From Candidatus Latescibacterota bacterium (GTDB lineage Bacteria; Latescibacterota; UBA2968; UBA8231), in the NCBI GenBank assembly GCA_965205655.1, contig CBDBIJ010000034.1, positions 1 through 48,145 of the forward strand: a stretch of 48,145 nt of DNA, written 5' to 3'. Position 1 is the stretch's first letter. The number at the start of each line of letters is the position of its first letter. A program made the position numbers and the translations under genes. The notes under the pieces were generated by a model that searched no databases, was not told the DNA's origin, and saw only the letters and a program-made list of their open reading frames with translations. Shown piece by piece: positions 8,044 through 16,679 of the stretch.

Positions 8044-8484
8044 TCATTCCGCGGCAAGCTCCGGTTTCCCTCCGTCGCTGGCGTCACTGCCGGCAGGGTG
8101 CGTCGGGTCAAAGCCGGGCTCGAGGGCGTCGACGATTACCAGCCGCATCGGGGGTGGGGGTGTCGACGTTACCGTGAGCTTCTCACTCCACATTCCAAGG
8201 TGCTTTCCCAGCAGCTCGGCGGATCGGACGCGCGCCGCCATCGGTGCGTCGTCCGCCTCCAAGGCGCCCCGCAGGAAATCGAGAACGAAATCCGCGTCGA
8301 GCTCCGCCCGTTTCGCGCGCGCCTGGATGGCCTCAGTTAGGGCCGCTTGAATCCCAACATTTCCCAACAGGCGGGGGCCGCTGCGGTCCGCAGTCCGGGG
8401 GCTGTATCCGGCCCGCTTGGCCGCGGCCGTCGCGTTGAAGTCGATCAAGTATTCCCGGATAAAAGCCTGTTGCTTAGCAGTCAT
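8044..8484 (-). CDS. terS: Terminase small subunit (Terminase_2/SaPI-type)
   Basis: MTAKQQAFIREYLIDFNATAAAKRAGYSPRTA..LL..ELLGKHLGMW; GGAG RBS. Confidence 0.92.
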   Translation of the reverse strand: MTAKQQAFIREYLIDFNATAAAKRAGYSPRTADRSGPRLLGNVGIQAALTEAIQARAKRAELDADFVLDFLRGALEADDAPMAARVRSAELLGKHLGMWSEKLTVTSTPPPPMRLVIVDALEPGFDPTHPAGSDASDGGKPELAAE

Positions 8485-8626
8485 TTCCAGTTCTCCCGTG
8501 TTGTGTGCGGTCCGCGGAAACCTTCGCCGGGGGGGGCCGGGCAAAGGGTCCGCTCCGCAGGTTTCAGAGGGTGGAAATCGGCCCGCGCGGAACCGCTCGA
8601 ACAGCTTGCCGGCGAAGGAAAACGGT

Positions 8627-9439
8627 CACGTCGCGCCGCCTTTTTTTCGCAGGCAACCGGGAAACGTTCCTGTTCCCGGGTGCCTGTAGAACAGGAAGCG
8701 GCTGTCCAGGTTGCGCGGGTGGGGTTGCCGCTAGGTGCGCACCGGCAACCATAGGCCGTCCCTGTTCGGCAGCTCCACCTTTGCCAGGTTCACCGCGTCG
8801 AGAGCTTGGTACAGGGCGCGCCAATGCTTTGACGGTTTCCAGCTCGACTTGCCGGTGCGCGGGGATTTCGGCCACAAGAGATTGCGGATTTCCTCCAGGG
8901 TCGGTTCCCACGTGTAGCCGCCTCCGGGACACCGTGCGGACATCGGCATCGCCGCCAGGGCATAGAGAAATATCCGCTTGTCGAGACGGGCGCCGCGGCC
9001 TTGCTGCAGCTCGCTGAAACCGGCCGCGTCCGCCAGCAGCAGCGGGGTGACTGGTACGTCCGCATGTTCGGCCGGCAGCAGGTCCAGTTGTACCGTTTCC
9101 GGGGACACTTTTCCGGGTCGGCCGAGATAGGCCAGCTCGAATTGCTCCGGCTCGCGGGTGCGGTCGACGCCAACCTCCAGGGAGCGGTAGGTCGCGCTAC
9201 TAGGGGCGTGTTGCAAGGTCCCGGCCGGCAGGATCGCGTCCGGGTGCGTATCCGCCTCCATGTGTTGCGGGCGCTTCCACCAGGCGCGCACCAAGGGCGC
9301 CAGCGGTCCCCGCACTCCGGTGTTGTTCCTTGGCGGTTTGGGTAGTACACGCTCCCAATAATCTCTTTTTTCCCGTCCTCCCCGACGCTGCAGTGAAATG
9401 CCGAACTACCGTTCCGTCCTTCGAGGTTACTTCGCTCAT
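8627..9439 (-). pseudogene. Hypothetical element protein, frameshifted and with an internal stop; possibly replication-related
   Basis: ATG9439 with GGAG RBS; coherent protein-like core in ORF 8731-9315 (PLAPLVRAW..ILP..GRGARLDKRIF..TLEEIRNLLWP); function not established. Confidence 0.45.
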
Positions 9440-9455
9440 ACAATCTCCTTGATTT

Positions 9456-9480
9456 GGGAATTATATACATAATTGTAAAC
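9456..9480. mobile_element. Possible IS1595-family terminal inverted-repeat end
   Basis: AT-rich GGGAATTATATACATAATT resembling the GG(C/G)AATTATATAC IS1595-type ends as I recall them; no partner end or transposase in the window. Confidence 0.35.
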
Positions 9481-9630
9481 AAGACCCTTTACCGGCCCTG
9501 CTGGCGTTTCTCCGGTTGTCGCTTAGGGTCCGCCGGGCGCGCTCGGGCAATCAGTGCTTGGCTAGCTCCTCCGGGGTACCCTCGAATTTCATCATGCGCT
9601 CAGGCCGGCCACGCTTCTTATGTTGCTTTT

Positions 9631-9870
9631 TCATGTTCTCTCCGATTGGGCTATTCGTTCATTCTGACGCTTGAGAGCGGCCAGCAGATACCGCTGGTCC
9701 CGGTCTCCCTTCGTGCTGTTACAGGCCCCGCACAGCAACTGCAGGTTGTCCAGGTGGTCGGTTCCGCCTTGCGACTGCGGGACAATGTGATCGATAGTCA
9801 GATTGCGGAACGGGAAAGCGATCCTGCAGCCGTTGCACTATCCCTCCTGTCGTCCGAACAGGGTGTGCTT
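9631..9870 (-). pseudogene. HNH endonuclease domain remnant with an in-frame TAG (not in ORF track)
   Basis: KHTLFGRQEG*CNGCRIAFPFRNLTIDHIVPQSQGGTDHLDNLQLLCGACNSTKG. Confidence 0.85.
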
Positions 9871-10194
9871 ACCGAGCCGGGGGGCGATGGAGTTGGCGAA
9901 CACCGCCGGGCGCAAGCGATCCAGGTTGAGGCCCACCGTTCCCGGCGCATCGGTCGCGGCATCGGCCCGTTGCTCAGTCGCCGGTTGCGGCACGTCCCAC
10001 AGTTTCAAGGGGATGCCCTCGCCGATCCCGGCGGCTGCTTGCAGCTCTGCCTCGGGACCATCGACCCGTCGCCGGGCCAGCGCGGCCCGCAGGTACCCCA
10101 TCAGAGAGGCCCGCGAGCGCAGCTCGACCCGCTCCCGCTGTTCGGCGTCCGGCGCAACCTCGCGGGTTTCCCCTTCGGGCTCGGCCACACTCAT
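9871..10194 (-). pseudogene. Phage major capsid protein, N-terminal fragment (HK97-like, satellite type)
   Basis: DAEQRERVELRSRASL..EAELQAAAG..IPL.LW..EQRADAAT.APGTVG.NL..LRPAVFA.SIAPRLG, then an abrupt in-frame join to HNH. Confidence 0.6.
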
Positions 10195-10196
10195 GT

Positions 10197-10613
10197 TCAG
10201 TCCCTCCCTTGGTGGGGTGTTGAAGGCTTGGCGGCCGCCATGAATCGCCGCGCCCGTCGTTCGCCGATACCGAGGTTCGAGAGTAACGGCAGCCAGCAGC
10301 CGTGTCGAGTTGCCCCCTTGGCCGCCAGCAGCGCCCGGCCGATCTCGCCCGGGTCGCCCTCATATAGGGCGCGATGTAGGCGGTCGATGACCTCCTGCGA
10401 GGGCAGCGGCGACCGCTCCCGCTGCAGGCCGTCAATCATCCGGCTCGCTTCCTCGAAGCCCAACTCGGGAGCATCGGCGATCAGCCATGCAAGGGTTCGT
10501 CTTTGCCTCGGAGTCGCCCTCAATGTATCCTTCAGTCGGTTGGTGAGGTCCGAGCAAGGCGCATCTGGTCCATTATCCCGGCGAGCTCCGTGAAATCGGA
10601 CAAAATCGGACAC
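10197..10613 (-). CDS. DUF3102-domain phage protein
   Basis: EIGRALLAAK..HGCWLPLL..LGIGERRARRFM matches the DUF3102 pattern. Confidence 0.7.
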   Translation of the reverse strand: MSDFVRFHGARRDNGPDAPCSDLTNRLKDTLRATPRQRRTLAWLIADAPELGFEEASRMIDGLQRERSPLPSQEVIDRLHRALYEGDPGEIGRALLAAKGATRHGCWLPLLSNLGIGERRARRFMAAAKPSTPHQGRD

Positions 10614-10934
10614 GCGGAACTCGCCGGGATTTGGACAGAACGCCTTACGCAGTCGGTCGGAGCCGGCCGTCGCTTCGGCGCGCCTTGTGGTTGGCTCTAC
10701 TCTGGGAGCCTTGATGAACCCACAGGGTTGCGAGGCATGTCGGGATCACCCTCCCGCCGTGCCGCGGCCTCGCCACCGCCGTTCAGTTACGCCGCTTTCG
10801 CTGGCGCGAAATCGAACCGGCGGGCTGTCCCGCGTCCTGGTGCGCACGGTATCCGCCTGGTACCAGGAAAAACATCAGCTTGCCCCCAGGCGCCGTCGCG
10901 GCTTTGCGCCGCTATCGCTTCTGAGGCAAACTGG

Positions 10935-10974
10935 AACCCCCGGCCGGTCACACCCGGTCGGGGGTTTTTCTTTT
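10935..10974 (+). terminator. Intrinsic terminator oriented antisense to the alpA operon
   Basis: AACCCCCGGCCGG-6nt-CCGGTCGGGGGTT followed by TTTCTTTT. Confidence 0.65.
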
Positions 10975-11165
10975 CAGGAGTTGACGCCAGTCGCGCGCGG
11001 GCGGGAATCGAGAAACTGCTCGATCTCGCTTGAGCGCCACCTGACGGCCCTTGAGGAGATTTTCACCGGCTCCGGAAAAACGCCGGAGCGCATCAAACGG
11101 TAAATTGAAGATCGGGAGAGCGAGGTCCGCGCCTCGACTTCCTCGCGGCGAAGAAAAGCGTCCAT
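10974..11165 (-). CDS. alpA: AlpA-family phage regulator/excisionase
   Basis: FLRREEVEARTSLSRSSIYRLMRSGVFPEPVKISSRAVRW; GGAGG RBS. Confidence 0.95.
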   Translation of the reverse strand: MDAFLRREEVEARTSLSRSSIYRLMRSGVFPEPVKISSRAVRWRSSEIEQFLDSRPRATGVNS

Positions 11166-11238
11166 CAGGAATCCTCCGGGTTCAGTGTTTCCCGAATATA
11201 CCCGGCTATTCCTTGGGGGAATAGGTGAATAAATCAGG

Positions 11239-11733
11239 CTATTTTTTCGGGCGCCGGAAGGGGTGATCCGATTTCACCTTCTTTATTACGGACGAGACGG
11301 TTTCAGAATCCCTGCACACCACGTCCGCAATTTTGTTAATCGCCTGTGCTTGGGTGTAGCCTTGGTTCTGTAGCACTCGGAAGGCGTGGATGATACGAGC
11401 ATTGCGTTCACCTTCGTCAGGTCGTCCTCTTCCCGTACCGGGCGGCTTGCGTCTGCCGCTGGCGACAGCGAGGGCCCACCGCTGCAGCGGGTCAGGGATG
11501 GGCTCGCGGCGTTCTAGCAGGGTGTCGAGAAGTCGGCGCAGACCCTCCCACGCCCAAGGCTTGGAGAACGCCCAGTTCGAGTAGCTACACACCAACAGGG
11601 GGTCCCGAGCGCGATAGTTGGGCAGGTCGGGATCCACCGCGTCGGCCGGGATTTGCTCCCACCAATAGGGCAGGTCGGCAAGTTCCGGGAACTTGTCGTC
11701 CACGTTGAGCAGGAACTCGCGCAGGTCATCCAT
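11239..11733 (-). CDS. Hypothetical protein with possible C-terminal HTH, coupled to the integrase
   Basis: 164-aa ORF overlapping the int stop; GRGRP followed by helices. Confidence 0.7.
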   Translation of the reverse strand: MDDLREFLLNVDDKFPELADLPYWWEQIPADAVDPDLPNYRARDPLLVCSYSNWAFSKPWAWEGLRRLLDTLLERREPIPDPLQRWALAVASGRRKPPGTGRGRPDEGERNARIIHAFRVLQNQGYTQAQAINKIADVVCRDSETVSSVIKKVKSDHPFRRPKK

Positions 11734-12886
11734 CGCCCTGCTCCAGGAAAGCCGCCCACTGGCGCATCAATCCCCGGCGCTTCTCAAGCAGGTCGCTTCG
11801 CGCATAGGCCCGCTCGACTTGTGAGCCCACGGCGTGAGCGAGGCTCAACTCCGCGACGGCGTGCTCCGCGTCCGTCTCCTCGCTCACCCACGTCCTGAAG
11901 GCCGAGCGGAAGCCGTGGACCGTCGTCCGCTCGGCAAGCCCGTTGTCCCTCAGCACCTTGGTCAGGGCCATATCCGACAGCGGCTTCCCTTGCCGCGTCG
12001 GTGACGGGAAGATCAGCCCGCTACCGTCGTCCAGGGCCCGAGCCTGTTCGAGCACGGCCATCGCAGGGTCGCTCAGCGGCTGACGGTGCTCAACCCCGCC
12101 CTTCATCCGGTCGGAGGGGAGGCGCCAGTCCCCGGCCTCGGTGTCGATCTCAGTCCACGTCGCGCCCCGAGCCTCCCCGGACCTCGCCGCGGTGAGCACG
12201 AGGAACCGGAGACACAACTTCGCCGACAGGGACGCCCTCGACCCCTCGACCACCTGGAGCGCCTCGGGGACCTCCGGGTAGGGCAGCGCCCGGAAGTGCT
12301 GCTTGCCGGTCGTCATGGACGGCAGGGCGCCGTCGATGGCCTCGCCGGCCGCGTTGTGCTCGACGAAGCCGTGGGCCTGGCACCACCGCAGCGTGGCCTT
12401 GATCCGCTGGCGCAGCCGACGCGCCCTCTCCGGCCGGGTCGTCCAGATCGGCGACAGGACCCGGAGCACCTGCTCCCGCCCGATCTGGTCCACCGGCAGG
12501 TCGCCGAGGGTGGGGAAGGCGTACTTCTCCAGCGAGCTCCACCAGTTCGCTGTATGTTTCTCGTTGCGCCAGCGCGTCCGATTAACCTCGAACGTGGCCT
12601 CGGCAGCTTCCCGGAAAGTCGGTGCCTTGGCCTTGCGCTTCTCGGCCAGCGGGTCGAGGCCGTCCGCGATGGCTACCCGGTTGGCGAAGGCGCGCTGCCT
12701 GGCCTTGGCGAGAGACACGACAGGCCAGCCGCCCAGCCCAATGTCACGGCGGCGGCCGTCGATGGTGACGCGCTGAATCCAGCTCTTCGAGCCGCCCGGC
12801 GCGACGTACAGGAACAGCGTCCCGCCGTCGCCGTAACGGCCCGGCGCGGCGAGTGCTTTGACTGTGGCAGCGGTGAGTCTTCCCAC
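11726..12886 (-). CDS. P4-like tyrosine integrase
   Basis: Arm-binding N-terminus (GRYGDGGTLFL..GLG.WP.VSLA.AR); catalytic TAARSGE, K, HGFRS, LAH, AY. Confidence 0.97.
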   Translation of the reverse strand: MGRLTAATVKALAAPGRYGDGGTLFLYVAPGGSKSWIQRVTIDGRRRDIGLGGWPVVSLAKARQRAFANRVAIADGLDPLAEKRKAKAPTFREAAEATFEVNRTRWRNEKHTANWWSSLEKYAFPTLGDLPVDQIGREQVLRVLSPIWTTRPERARRLRQRIKATLRWCQAHGFVEHNAAGEAIDGALPSMTTGKQHFRALPYPEVPEALQVVEGSRASLSAKLCLRFLVLTAARSGEARGATWTEIDTEAGDWRLPSDRMKGGVEHRQPLSDPAMAVLEQARALDDGSGLIFPSPTRQGKPLSDMALTKVLRDNGLAERTTVHGFRSAFRTWVSEETDAEHAVAELSLAHAVGSQVERAYARSDLLEKRRGLMRQWAAFLEQGDG

Positions 12887-13061
12887 GATTCTCCTCCGGC
12901 GATTTACCCACGGGTTTTACCACTCGATTCGTGGGAAAGTAGGGGAATCGTCGGGAAGCCGCAAGCCTTAACCCGGAGTCGGGAGACCCGGTTAACTACC
13001 TTAACAGCAAGTTGTTACGAGCCTTTTTGGGAACCTGAGGGAACTTGCGGGAAGGGAAAAA

Positions 13062-13137
13062 TGGTGGAGCAGAGGGGGATCGAACCCCTGACCTCGGGCT
13101 TGCAAAGCCCGCGCTCTCCCAACTGAGCTACTGCCCC
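13062..13137 (-). tRNA. tRNA-Ala(TGC)
   Basis: GGGGCAGTAGCTCAGTTGGGAGAGCGCGGGCTTTGCAAGCCCGAGGTCAGGGGTTCGATCCCCCTCTGCTCCACCA: 76 nt, G3:U70, encoded CCA. Confidence 0.98.
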
Positions 13138-13155
13138 CGCGTGCGTGATGCAGAA

Positions 13156-13428
13156 TCAACCGGAGCTGGACTCGGCTGGCGCTGGCTCTGAATCCCCCGC
13201 CTCATCTTCTGCAGATTTCTCATCAGCGACGTCTCCCTCTTCGAGGCGCAGGAGAATCGTGGAGGCGATGAAGAGTGAAAAGAAGGTGAAACCGAAGATA
13301 TCGGCGCGGATGTAGTCGTAGACTTTGGTGACGGCGTCCATCGTATAGCCGCCAAGACAGATGAGATACATGATGATGCTGCCGATCTGTGCCCGTTCGA
13401 GAAACGGTTTGCTCTTGTCCCAAGCCAT
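13156..13428 (-). CDS. Small membrane protein (two TM segments, acidic tail)
   Basis: MAWDKSKPF..IGSIIMYLICLGG..IFGFTFFSLFIASTILL; start uncertain. Confidence 0.65.
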   Translation of the reverse strand: MAWDKSKPFLERAQIGSIIMYLICLGGYTMDAVTKVYDYIRADIFGFTFFSLFIASTILLRLEEGDVADEKSAEDEAGDSEPAPAESSSG

Positions 13429-13514
13429 GATTTCAAAGATAGAAATGACGCCGAATTCGGTCAAAGCAGCGGCGGAGTCTGTATCCATCGAAAGGCGACG
13501 AGTGGCTTTGCCGC

Positions 13515-14421
13515 ATGGCTGATGCGGTCGTGACCGCCGCTGTGAGAACGACGATTGGAACCTTTGGCGGGGCGTTGAAAGACGTAGAGGCCCATCGCTT
13601 AGGCGGTAGGGTGATCGAGAGTGTCCTGCAGCGATCGGAGGTGAGTCCGGCAGAGGTGGATGAGGTTGTGATGGGATCGATCTATCAGGGCGGAGCCGGT
13701 CCGAATCTGGCTGATAGATACGGCATCTCGCGGGAGGCTCAGGACGACTTCGCCATGCGCAGCCAGGAGCGCTACCGCAGGGCGCAGTCTGCCAGAGCCT
13801 TCGATTCCGAGATCGTGCCGGTAGACGTGCCACAGCGAAAGGGCGATCCGGTCGTCTTCGACGTCGATGAGCACCCCCGCAAGGATGCGAGTCTCGAGAG
13901 GCTGTCGCAGCTCAAGCCGGCCTTCAAGGAAGGTGGCAGCGTCACCGCAGGAAATGCGTCTGGAATCAACGACGGCGGTGCCGCGATGCTGGTGATGTCC
14001 CAGGAGTCGGCCCGCTCGAGGGAGTTGAAGCCGTTAGGCACATCAGAGCCTCAGCGCAGGCCAGTGTGGATCCCAAGATCATGGGGATCGGACCTGCCCC
14101 GGCGATCAGACCTGCCCCGGCGATCAGACGTCTTCTGGAGCGTGCGGGAATGGCGCTGGACGAGATCGATCTCATCGAGCTCAACGAGGCCTTCGCCGCT
14201 CAGAGCATTGCGGTGGGCATAGACCTGGAGTGGGACGAGACTCGGGTAAACGTAAATGGCGGGGCTATCGCCCTCGGGCACCCGGTGGGGGCAAGCGGGG
14301 CGCGCATCGCCGTTACTCTCCTCCATGAGATGGCGCGCCGCCAGTGTCGCTGGGGAATCGCCGCCAGTGTATCGGTGGTGGAATGGGGATCGCGATGCTG
14401 TTCGAGCGACCAGACGGATAG
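13515..14421 (+). pseudogene. Acetyl-CoA acetyltransferase (thiolase) with internal deletion, duplication and frameshifts
   Basis: [53 protein letters not shown]; region carrying the Cys nucleophile missing at about 13706. Confidence 0.9.
14091..14126 (+). repeat. 18-bp tandem duplication within thiolase
   Basis: GACCTGCCCCGGCGATCA x2 (PAPAIR x2). Confidence 0.9.
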
Positions 14422-14465
14422 ACGGCGGGCGATCGGAGATCGCCCGCCGCGCATGGCCGTAGCTG

Positions 14466-14891
14466 TCAAGCCGTTTCGAGCTCCAGCTCTTCTTCCTCCT
14501 CTACCTCCTCCACTATCGCCTCGGACTGTGAATCGGCCGAGCTTCCACTCCGTTCGAGGACTTGCAGGGTGCGGACCTGCACTTCAACCATCGAATGGGG
14601 ATTCTCTTCACTATCTTTCCAGCTAAAGGATCGCAGGCGACCGGACAGGAAGACGGGCGTACCCTTCCGAAGCCGGTCTGCGAGGGATTCGGCAAACTCG
14701 CGCCAGACGACGATGTTGAAGAAGGACGCCTCCGTCTGCCACTGGCCGTCGCGGTCGCGATAGGGCCGATTGACGGCGATTCGCCCGCTCAGCCTCGCCG
14801 TTCCGCCCTCTGTGATTTTGAACTCCGGATCCTGCACCAGCCGCCCGGTGAGGGAAATCTGATTGATGTTCGGCATGCGCAAATCGGACAT
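14466..14891 (-). CDS. ssb: Single-stranded DNA-binding protein
   Basis: [38 protein letters not shown]; acidic tail; GGAGG RBS. Confidence 0.93.
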   Translation of the reverse strand: MSDLRMPNINQISLTGRLVQDPEFKITEGGTARLSGRIAVNRPYRDRDGQWQTEASFFNIVVWREFAESLADRLRKGTPVFLSGRLRSFSWKDSEENPHSMVEVQVRTLQVLERSGSSADSQSEAIVEEVEEEEELELETA

Positions 14892-15063
14892 GATAGACCT
14901 CCGAAAATGGTAGAAGTGATGGTGAAGAAGACATCCATGGCCGCTGTAATGCAGCTCCCATGCCAACTGCCTCTTGCGTCCGTAATTGATTGTGACACAA
15001 TAAATAAGACGCAATGACAGAATTTCGCCGGGAGGTCGTCGCTGTATCGGATCGGAGTCAGTC

Positions 15064-16590
15064 TTGCCTCTGACGGACCACACGAAACCGGCCAGCAGGG
15101 GCCAGTTTTTCACGGCCTCCGGTTGTCGCCCAGTTCATGTGGCGAGTGGTTGCCGAATGCGTTGGCGGCAAGCTGAGTGACAGCCGCGTCATTGACCCGT
15201 CGTCGGGAGAGGGGCGTCTTCCTTCACGTGGCGTTGCAAGATGGGCTTGATCCGGGAGGAGCGGGCAGTGGGAAATCGAGCTGGATACTGGGCTGAGGCC
15301 ACGCGGCATGGCCAGGCTCGGCCGCACCGTGGTAGGCGACGCGCTTCTCGGTCAGTTCGCCGGAGTCGACGACGGGGGATTCGATGTCGTGATCGGAAAT
15401 CCGCCTTTCGGACGAATCTCGGACGTGCTGCCCCCCGCGCTCGTCCTTGATCTCGAACGCGTTGGGGGGGACCGCTTCGGCATCTGGAGTGGCGGGGCCA
15501 GAAAGGGTGAGGTGGAGCAGCTGTTCCTCGACAGGGCGCTGCAACTGGTGAGCCCGGGCGGGGTCGTCGCCTTCATCATGCCGGAGGGTTTTCTGGCCAA
15601 CGATAGAGCTCAGGTCGCGCGGCGACTGGGTGTTGGAGCGAGCTGAGGTGCTGGCGATCGCGTCCCTGCCGGAGTCGGCCTTCCGGCGCCCCGGTCTCAA
15701 CGCCACGACCCGACGTCATCGTTCTGCGTCGGCGGAGCGAGGAGCGGCGCCGGGATCAAACCGCCGTGTCGTCATGGTTGGCCGGCGACGCATTCAGAAG
15801 CCGCTTGCCAATCACATGCAGGACCTGAGCGCGCAGGTCCTGCGCCTGTGCAGACATGGAAGCAGGCGGACGGGGCAGGCCTTTCGGCTGGCTCCCGAGC
15901 GGCTCAGCAGCAGGCGTTGGGATGTGTCCTACTGGCGGGGGACGTTGAGCGCTGCTGGATCATCGAGGTTCCAGCATGCTCCCATCGGTGACTTCATCGA
16001 GGCACATCACCTACGGTCCCATCGTCACCGGCCGTCGCCCGGACCACGTCGAAGGCGGGATTCGCGTCATCCGCCAGAATGATTTCACCGACACCGGACT
16101 AAAAGTAGACGACCTTCTTCGGGTCGAAAGCGGATGCGTGTACGACCCGCCTAGGAGTAGAGTGAGGAAGGGGGATCTCCTCCTGCCCCGCTCCGGAGCC
16201 GGATTCGCTGGGGCGCAATCGTCTCGCGGTCTATCTGGATTCCCCCGCCGGCGAATGTGGCCTGCTTTGTAGATCGGATAAGACTGTCGGGCGTGAATCC
16301 GTTTTTCGTCTGGCTCTACCTGCGCAGCGCAACCCGGATGGGCGCAGATTTCGCAGCGTCATCAACGGCGTCGGTACGCCGAACATCAATTTTTCGGAGA
16401 TTCGCGCCCCTTCGCCTGCCGCTCATTCCAGAAGAGGACCAGCAATTTGATGCACAGACGCTACCTCGAGGAGGTCCTGCCAGCCCATCAGCGCAGCGGA
16501 TCGAGCGACTCGGCCAGAGGCCGGGCTGAGGGCCGGTTTCGGGCGATTATCACGGATCTGGAGCGAATTCTGGGATTTGTCAGCGCCTGA
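15064..16590 (+). pseudogene. N6-adenine DNA methyltransferase fused to an HsdS-like specificity domain, multiply frameshifted
   Basis: GQFFT, VIDPSSGEG, VIGNPPFG, FIMPEGFL; then ITYG..KGDLLLPRSG..GVGTPNINFSEI..LPLIP. Confidence 0.8.
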
Positions 16591-16679
16591 GGGGATGGTT
16601 ACCTTTGAGGCAGTTGCTGTGGTCAAGCGCCCAGTTGCTGTGGTCAAGGCCCAGTTTCCAGTTGAAACAAATCACAGGC

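Larger units (their letters stand above)
1..13061. mobile_element. Degenerate PICI/P4-like phage satellite integrated at tRNA-Ala; left boundary not seen in the window
   Basis: int next to the tRNA 3' end, alpA, terS, capsid and primase fragments, defence-like cargo; no duplicate of the tRNA 3' end found to the left. Confidence 0.8.

Noticed and set aside
7603..8340. 245-aa Arg-rich ORF as an intact gene
   Set aside because: Only a short part matches the recombinase; the rest is out-of-frame relic and antisense of terS
9454..10593. 379-aa plus-strand ORF
   Set aside because: Antisense shadow of the HNH, capsid and DUF3102 sequences on the minus strand
12086..13126. 346-aa plus-strand ORF
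   Set aside because: Antisense to the integrase and tRNA; no motifs
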